A stretch of DNA of 64,000 nt from Octopus sinensis (Eukaryota): assembly GCF_006345805.1 (NCBI RefSeq), contig NC_043015.1, positions 5,084,001 to 5,148,000 on the forward strand. The letters run 5' to 3'. Shown here in pieces: positions 55,326-64,000 of this stretch. The notes below the pieces were generated by a model. The model ran no database searches and was not told the origin of the DNA. It worked only from the letters and a program-made list of their open reading frames with translations. The position numbers and the translations under genes are program-made. Every line of letters begins with the position of its first letter. Position 1 is the stretch's first letter.

Positions 55326-55363
<38 letters not shown>

Positions 55364-55369
55364 TATATC

Positions 55370-55401
<32 letters not shown>

Positions 55402-55438
55402 ACATATATATATATATATATATATATACATATGTACA

Positions 55439-55504
<66 letters not shown>

Positions 55505-56059
55505 CATACATACACACACATGCATATATATATTATATACTATATTTCTTCAGAATTTTCCCTGCAAATTCAATCCCTTGCTGAAGTATATTACGTGATA
55601 CGAATATGGAGCTTTCTGTCAAGAAACGTTCACTCTCTCATTCACTAAATCTTTCTGAGTAATATGGAAGAGTATTTCATATCATTAATAATTTCTGTAG
55701 GAAATTAAATAAGCACAATGCAGATAAAATTCAACGCAACGTCTCAGGAAACGGGACTAATTCTTGCATCAGAAACAATGGTTCGACGAAATATCTACGT
55801 TAATTATCTATTCTCTCTCTTTGGAATTTAGCAATCAATGACAGGGATCCGATGAGCAGTATGGAATCTACATACGCATCAATCACTTTGTGGATTATCT
55901 TACGGATATTACATCACGTCAGACCAAAATTCAAGCGCGCACACACACACACACGCACTCATACATCCACACACACAAACACACACAGCAGCGCGCACAA
56001 CACACACATACACACATTTACATATATATTATTTTCCTTCAGATGCTGAATATGCTGAG

Positions 56060-56245
56060 CTTGCAGAACCATTAGCGTCATGTCATGACACCTATAAGTT
56101 TCGGAGTTCAAATTCTGCAGAGGTCGAATTTTGAATCTTATCGGCGAGATCAATGAAATAAGTACCAATATGAGTACTCTTATCGTTGTAATTAACTTCC
56201 CTTCCCCAGAAAAAATATTCTCTTTGTACCATTATATGAAACCAT
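56060..56245 (+). mobile_element. SINE family B, diverged
   Basis: GCAGAACCATTAGC...GGAGTTCAAATTCTGCAGAGGTCGA...AAATAAGTACCA. Confidence 0.65.
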
Positions 56246-57372
56246 TCTTTGCAGGTTTGAGATTAACAATGTGAAGACAAATTTATGAAATTTTGACTTA
56301 CTTTGATGTTCAACTTTTAGCATCTATCTGTTCAAATATCTTTGTTGTTTCTCCCTTCAATGTGCTATAGTCAGTGACCTTTTACATGTGCACACACCCT
56401 TAAAAATACCGTAATGACGATAATAATAGTGGGTATGTAGGAATCTGGAACAGCAAAACTGATACATCACATATATATATAATATAAACTGTGTGTCCGA
56501 TATTTATACTAGTCCAAGTATTACTGACGAAGTACCTGGTAAATCTGTATATTCGGAAGACATGGGTTTTGATGATGGAAATTAGCTTTGGACGTCGTAT
56601 CCTTTATAACTTAACCTATATGTGATGTAGGATATTACATCACATATTCTATGACATTACATTCATCCTATGTATTATATTTCTGTGATGTATTATACGT
56701 AATATTACGCTATAGTAAACCTGCTTTTTTAGTCTGAGTGTACCCTATATGGAGATTACATGTTGTTTCTCTCAATTCTATGACTTCCTACGCTATGAGT
56801 CACATTAAGTATATTTGTAGTGAGTTATGAGATAGTAAGTCTCCTTTCATTAAATCTTACATCCTCTAAGATTTATACGATCATACATACAAGAGCACCT
56901 GTAATATTTACAACTTATAGAACCACATACAATGATATTCTCATCTTAATCTACCTATATCTTAATTTACTTCGGTATGAATACCTTGAAATGTCATCAT
57001 TATTCGCATACCTGTTATCTCTTAAGTTTATCATTAATCTTTTCCTGCTTATATTTTACTCTCCTCTCTTTATATATATTTGCTATTAATTTTCTATTCA
57101 TTCTTATTATATTGATTTTCTATTGTTGTATATTTTCCTTATTAATTTATTTTCCTTCGTGTTTTATTTTTATAGTATACTGTTAAAATGTTTATACAGT
57201 ATTGAATTTTTCATATTTTGTATTCCTATTTCCCTTCGCATATAATGGTATACCATGCTTCTTTTCGCACGTATGCATGATAAGATGTGGCTCAATATGG
57301 TTCTTACATTGATATTTTTCAGTTATAATTACACCATATAATTATACTATATTCTTTATATAAACGTGAATG

Positions 57373-57456
<84 letters not shown>

Positions 57457-57519
57457 CTATATAATATATATATATATATATATATTATATACGTTCATAT
57501 AAAGAATATAGTATAATAA

Positions 57520-58145
57520 TATGGTGCAATTCTGAAATATATCAAAACAAACAACATCACACAAGCAAATAATTTGATCAAGGCACCAAGTATTTTTGTA
57601 ACAGAAAATGTGGGTGTCGATGTCAAGAAAAAGAAGCATAATGGGAGTGACAAAAGAAAAGATCTATGGTGGAAAACAAGAAATGAGGCAGGGTTAGACA
57701 TGCTCTCAAAAAAATCTGTGTTAGACCGAAAAGAGAAAGGAGACGTAAAGCGCGAATAAAAATACAGAGCGCTGAAAAGGAAGTATAATATTGAAAGAAA
57801 GGGCCTGAAAGTTGTGGTGGAGGAACTGAAACAGCGTTCAATTGCAAACGTTGCAGAGAAAGCAAAGATAGTAAGATACGACCAAAGAATGAATGTTTCC
57901 CACCAGCATAGATTATTCAGAGCAGACCAGAAGAGATTCTATAAAGAAGTAAATGGAGGATGTACATATAAAAAGTTGATAACAGATAACATTGAAATTC
58001 AAAGGTTTTGGAGTTCCATCTGGAGCAAAGACAAGGAAAACAAAAATGATGCTGAATGGTTGCAAGAACTGAAACGAACAGTAGTTTGTCCAAAGCAAGC
58101 AGAACTTGTCTTTTCAGTTAGTGAAATGAAGGAAATCAGCAAAAC
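57520..58145 (+). mobile_element. Dong/R4-type LINE fragment, region N-terminal to RT
   Basis: WWKTR..., EELKQR...KIVRY...QHRLFRADQKRFYKE...QRFWSSIWSK...NDAEWL. Confidence 0.75.
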
Positions 58146-59243
58146 ATTCGTTAAAAATATGTGAATAATGTAACTAATGTAAACAGCGTATATAATTCCT
58201 CATCTCTTAAGTATAGAACTATAATATTTGTATATCCTTGAATCATATATCTTATTATCCTGCTTCTGATCCCTTCATATCAATAGCTAATATGTATATT
58301 TTTCCGGATAAGTTCCATATGTATATCGGTATCAATGTTTGAACGATTTTTAGCGACCACCTAGTAGTTATGTAATGCTGAGGTATTAGGGTGATTCTAC
58401 ATAATAAACCGATCTGCATGCCCCTTTTATTTAATATGGTTCTGATGTATCTTTCTGATATCTCCGCTTAAAATAAAAATAATTTTTAAAATAATTTTAC
58501 TTTAATTTTTAAACAATATAATATTACACAATTTTTGCTATGCCTTCATTAAAGACTTTTGTCCCTCAGAGCCCTCAGTAATTTAATAGAACCCAACTTA
58601 AGATAATTACAAGAGGTAATGTCACTACTACTCTACCGTCTTATGGGAATTTACTGCTCTCTCATTGACTCATTCTAAAGTCTGTTTATTTTTGTAATGG
58701 ATGATAGTTATGACAGTAGGAAATTAAAGAATAGTAATAAATTAAGGGATATGAGAAATATCTAGTGATAGTTATTTATGACCAGCAACCAGCTCTGAGC
58801 TGTCAACTGCCAGTGTTCTTTATTCTCAATAAACGTGGATCTAGCCTTTGATCTTTTGTTAATAAGAAGGTAGATGAAAAAATTAGAAATGAATAATAAT
58901 CCTATGACCCTCCACTGTGTTCCATGCCACTCCAAAATATTGTAGTTCTTCTCTTGAATAATTCTTGCTGCAATAGTGGAAACATGAAATTATTTCATCC
59001 ACTAGCTCTGATAAAATATTTGAGAAAAATTATATTAATATATCTTGTCTGTTGAAAATTAATGTTTCTGGCAACAGAAGATACTACTGTATTTAAATTG
59101 ATGTAATGCTTGCATTGTTTAATTGAATGGAACCGCTAGAAACACGGTCATACAGCACTAATACTCGACATCCTATTGCTTATTTTGATTTTATTCCCCT
59201 TACTTCGAGCAGTGCTTATGATACCGGACTGACTTTGTATATG

Positions 59244-59325
<82 letters not shown>

Positions 59326-59440
59326 ACAATTAAGGATAACTTCTTAATAAGAATCTTAACAAGGAATTATCACGTAGTTAGCGTGAAAAACCTCATAAGA
59401 GAAAAAATTCGAAAATAATTTTTTTCTTTTGAAAATATTA

Positions 59441-59639
59441 ATTTATATTGTATAGAGGGCGTTATTACACATAAATGCCTCACGCTAAGAGGGACATAAG
59501 TCATTACTACCAAAATTTAACAAATCGTACCCAAATGGGTACGATTTGGGTACGATTAGTTAAAGTTTGGTAGTAATGACTTATGTCCCTCTTAGCGTGA
59601 GGCATTTATGTGTAATAATGCCCTCTATACAATATAAAT
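59441..59639. repeat. Near-perfect palindrome, 96-bp arms and 7-nt loop
   Basis: 59441-59536 versus 59544-59639; 3 mismatches by manual count. Confidence 0.95.
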
Positions 59640-59646
59640 ATATATA

Positions 59647-59731
<85 letters not shown>

Positions 59732-59736
59732 TATAT

Positions 59737-59767
<31 letters not shown>

Positions 59768-59776
59768 CACATATAA

Positions 59777-59845
<69 letters not shown>

Positions 59846-60553
59846 ATATATATATATATGTCTGTGTGTATGTGTATGTATGTATGCATAGTGGATGGAA
59901 GGAAGGAAGTATGCATATTTATTTCGCTAACAAGTAAAAGAAGTCAATTTTCCGTCATACTTTAAGCAATAATTAATATGGCTTGCCTTTGATGAAAAAA
60001 TCTACCGCATTTTCGTAGTTGCAATCATTACAATGACCAACATATTGAAAGGATTTGGTTGAATGACTTGACACCGAATGCATTTCTTAAAACTCTGGTT
60101 CTTCTTCTGTCGGTCAGTTTTACTGATCCGCTAGTGTTTGAAGGGGCATAAACAAATCAACCCCCCTTATCTGGCTGTGGTAATGACAAGTACAAACACA
60201 AAGACACATATACGCATGGATACACACAAACACACGCATACACACACTCATACTCACGTCACACACACCAAGACACACAGACACGGACTGAAGCTATAGA
60301 AGTAGGATCTTTGCTCAGGAACATTGGGACATAACATAAAGACTATACGATTTGACAGCAAAGTTTTTTTCGTATATCTACGCCTGTATTCGCAATCGTA
60401 ATAAAGTGCATACATTATTACATGCAGAAATATAAAATAATGTGACGAAGACATCATGCAAACGATAGCCTTCAAAGAAGCAATATGTAAATGTGGATAT
60501 CGTTAATTAACAGATATATGACCGCTCGAGATGTAAAATGAAATATGTTATAT

Positions 60554-61568
60554 TACGAGGGGCATTCAATAAGTAATGCCCCTGACCCACTTCCCATAGC
60601 AGTAGAGCAACGAAACTTGGCACAGTTATTAGTCTTTTTTTACATAGGAATCACTCAGAGTTACGCATTTCTCCCATCGTTTGATGCGGCTCTGGAGACC
60701 GTTTTTGTAGAAGAACCCAGCTTGGTCCTCCAACCTCAACGTGACTTCAGAAATCAAGGCTGCATCATCTGGGAAACGCTCTCCTTTCAAAAACAACTTC
60801 ATGGCTAGGAAGAGGTGAAAATCAGAGGGTGCAATGTCAGGAAAGTAGGGGGGATGGGGAGGAGTTCATAGCCATACGCCTGTGCTTCTGATCTGGCGAC
60901 AAGCGAGTTGTGGACCGGAGCGTTGTCCTGCAGGAGGAGGATGCCTTTGCTGATCTTGCCCCGCCTCTTGATTTTGATAACTTCTCTTAATTTCCTCAAA
61001 AGTGAAGCATAATAGGCTCCTGCAATTGTGGTACCCTTTGCCAGGAAATCTGTCATCACTACTCCGTCCTGGTCCCAGAAGACTGTGAGCATGACCTTGC
61101 CAGCGGAGGGCTGCACCCCTGCCTTCTTTGGAGGGGTTGAGTCACGGTGCTTCCACTGCATTGACTGAGATTTGTTCTCTGGATCATCGTGATGGACCCA
61201 GGTTTCATCCGGTGTAATCAGTCTTTTGAAAAATTTTGACTCATCTTCTCGGCACATCTCCAAATTCACCCTCGAGCACTCGACGCGTTCTTGCTTCTGG
61301 AAAGGCGTGAGCAACATGAAAATCCATCTGGCAGACACCTTTTGCATATGCAAATGGTCATGAATGATAGTTTCCATAGACCCGGTACTAATGTTGACCT
61401 CATGGGCTATTTGGCGAATAATTATGTGTCGATCTTCCAAAATGGCAGCCTCAACTTGACGGACAGATGCCTCATCAATGGCAGAAGGGGGCGACCAGAT
61501 CTGGAAGCTGTTTCCACAGAGTTCCGACCATGTTTGAATTCACGATGCTCGATAACGAGGGGGCAGCC
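60554..61568 (-). mobile_element. Mariner (DD34D) transposon, 5'-truncated and frameshifted
   Basis: RSGRP, KVSARWI, ITPDETWVH, KVMLTVFWD, LLQDNAPVH; after a frameshift near 60860, HPPYFPDIAPSDFHLF...RWEKCV, stop at 60629-60631. One TIR TA|CGAGGGGCATTCAATAAGT at 60554; the other end is lost at (TA)n. Confidence 0.93.
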
Positions 61569-61587
61569 ATATATATATATATATAAT

Positions 61588-61675
<88 letters not shown>

Positions 61676-62305
61676 ATTATTATATATATATATATATATG
61701 TGTGTGTCTGTGTGTGTGTGTACGCGTGTATTTGAATGTATACATCTATACCTGTGCGCCGTTGTACCCCCTCCCTCAATCCCGCTTGACAACCGCGCGG
61801 GGTTTGCCTACATCCTATTATCTTCGTTGTTCGGCAAGAATTGCAGTAGATGGATGTATTATAAAAAAGTTTGAATTCTATTGTTGAAAAGATTCTAAAA
61901 TGACATTTATTTATGGTGCCATACTTCCGCAGTCAGTGGAATTGATTTTTTTTTATTTTTGGTATTTGTTTTTTGGTAGCAATCAATCACGTGTGGTTGT
62001 ATTTTCAGATTTATAGTAAATGTAAGATCTGCTTTGTGAGGTATATATAGTCCACTACCATACACGTTATCAAAATAAAGAATCTATCAACATATTTGCT
62101 CTAGACAAATTGTCCGGTCTATTGTACACCAGTCGTCAAGTGCTTCGCATGTTGTCATGTGAACAGCATTGAGTTCTATAGCGAAAACATTTAGCTATCT
62201 ACTGTCCACCCATTATCATCTCAGTAAATTCTATGTCTTTCTTATGTACGCAAACATTTCTTTAGCAGATATGGAAAATATGGCATATAATAGATTCCAT
62301 TGGTA

Positions 62306-62707
62306 TTTACTCTTTTACTCTTTTACTTGTTTCCCTGCGACCATGCTGGAGCACCGCCTTTAGTCGAGCAAATCGACCCCGGGATGTATTCTTTGTAAGC
62401 CTAGTACTTATTCTATCGGTCTCTTTTGCCGAACCGCTAAGTGACTGGGACGTAAACACACCAGCATTGGTTGCCAAGCAATGCTCGGGGGACAAACACA
62501 GACACATAAACACACACATACACACATATATATATACATATATACGACAGGCTTCTTTCAGTTTCCGTCTACCAAATCCACTCACAAGGCATTGGTCGGC
62601 CCGGGGCTATAGCAGAGGACACGTACCCAAGATGCCACGCAGTGGGACTGAACCCGGAACCTTGTGGTTGGTTAGGAAGCTACTTACCACACAACCACTC
62701 CTGCGCC
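62306..62707 (-). mobile_element. SINE family A, near full length
   Basis: Highly similar to 27547-27970. Confidence 0.9.
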
Positions 62708-64000
62708 TATGGTATGTTGAAGCCTTTAGTATTTCTTGTAAAACTGAGGCGGTTGCCAATCTTCATCAATAGGAAAATATATGTTTATCTTATACATGAA
62801 CATGTGCGTGAAGGAAGGTTTTTTTCCGAATGTATGTAACCGTGTGCGTTTGCATGTGTGTGTAAAAGTTGAACGAGATTTTAAGGAGGAAAGCAAAATA
62901 TGTATTGAAGTGAGAAATACTGAATTTATTATAAAATTTGTTTCAACCGCGATGTTACATTTCGCTAGACGGTTTACTCAAAAACTCCATTATGACGTCA
63001 AGTGAAACATAAAGTCACACAGAAAACAAATAAAATATACACACATAAACCCACAACGCTGTGGTAGAGAAAAATGAACACAATGTGTAACTGTAGAATA
63101 TAAAGTATTACTATTTCCGGTTCCCAGTTGTAATTTACAAAAGGAAAAGAGAGAGAGACACACAGAAAAAAAGAACGTGGACGTTTATATTGTAATTTTC
63201 CAACAATTTTCGTCTTCCTTGCTAATTGGCGTAAACACGTCTGAACGAGACAAGGCCTTATTTTACTTGGCTGTCATGTACGCCATTCACATATTGACAG
63301 CGTCTGATATAAGAGAATGAATAATTTCTTTGTTTCTATGAAAATAAACTGCAGAGCCAATGATGTCCGTAATTCTTTATAATAATCTAGACGGATTGTT
63401 TTTATTGAAATAAAACAAACAATATTCTCTAAGATTCCATGCTATGAAATATTTTCCTTGATAAGAGAGGAAAGAAACAATTGTGTTTTATAAGCAATAC
63501 AATAGAGTTTTGCTATGTCGATATGCGAAAACAACTTCGTAAATTAGACATGTTTTCATTATTTTATGAATGGTGTTTCGATAAAACTATATTGCTTGTC
63601 TTCTCCAGGTTCGTGCAAATTGCAATATACGTATGTATACGTATGGATAAATACATATGTATATGTATGTGTGTATCGAGTGTCTGTGGAATGCATCTTT
63701 GGATATATATTTCAGCGTTATTTCCGAGAAGCTACTTGTGCGTTTTGTCTTTGAGCAAAGCGCTAAAATTTTCATTTAATTCTAATATCCTCTATGCTAA
63801 TGCGAATCTGCCAGAAACACTTAAATATCTGTATCGTCTAAACATCCATAAATTGAAGATATCTATCGTTTTTCATAAAACTATTTACTACTCAGCAACC
63901 ACATGGACCTGTGTTCAGTCCCACGGCTTAGTAACAAAGGCAAGAGATTTATTAGAGCATCGAGAACACCATTGATATGTTGGTGATTCTGGTATGCTTT

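Overview
AT-rich eukaryotic DNA dominated by repeats, with no convincing host protein-coding gene; most ORF-track entries are translations of (TA)n, (CA)n and (AAT)n microsatellites. The repeat mix (two tRNA-derived SINE families, very dense microsatellites) looks like a coleoid cephalopod such as Octopus (inference). Recognisable elements: five Penelope-like retroelement (PLE) fragments with RT and/or GIY-YIG domains, three Dong/R4-type LINE fragments, single Tx1/L1, CR1 and RTE fragments, a truncated mariner, a probable non-autonomous Helitron and two long fold-back palindromes. The most interesting signal is at RNA level: eight minimal type I hammerhead-ribozyme (HHR) motifs read by eye. 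Several sit at PLE ends or beside (TA)n tracts, several carry non-canonical catalytic cores (U4C three times, A6U once, a possible 3-8 pair swap once), and one is the tail of a tRNA-headed SINE-like element. All calls are manual; no alignment or folding was run and element boundaries are approximate.
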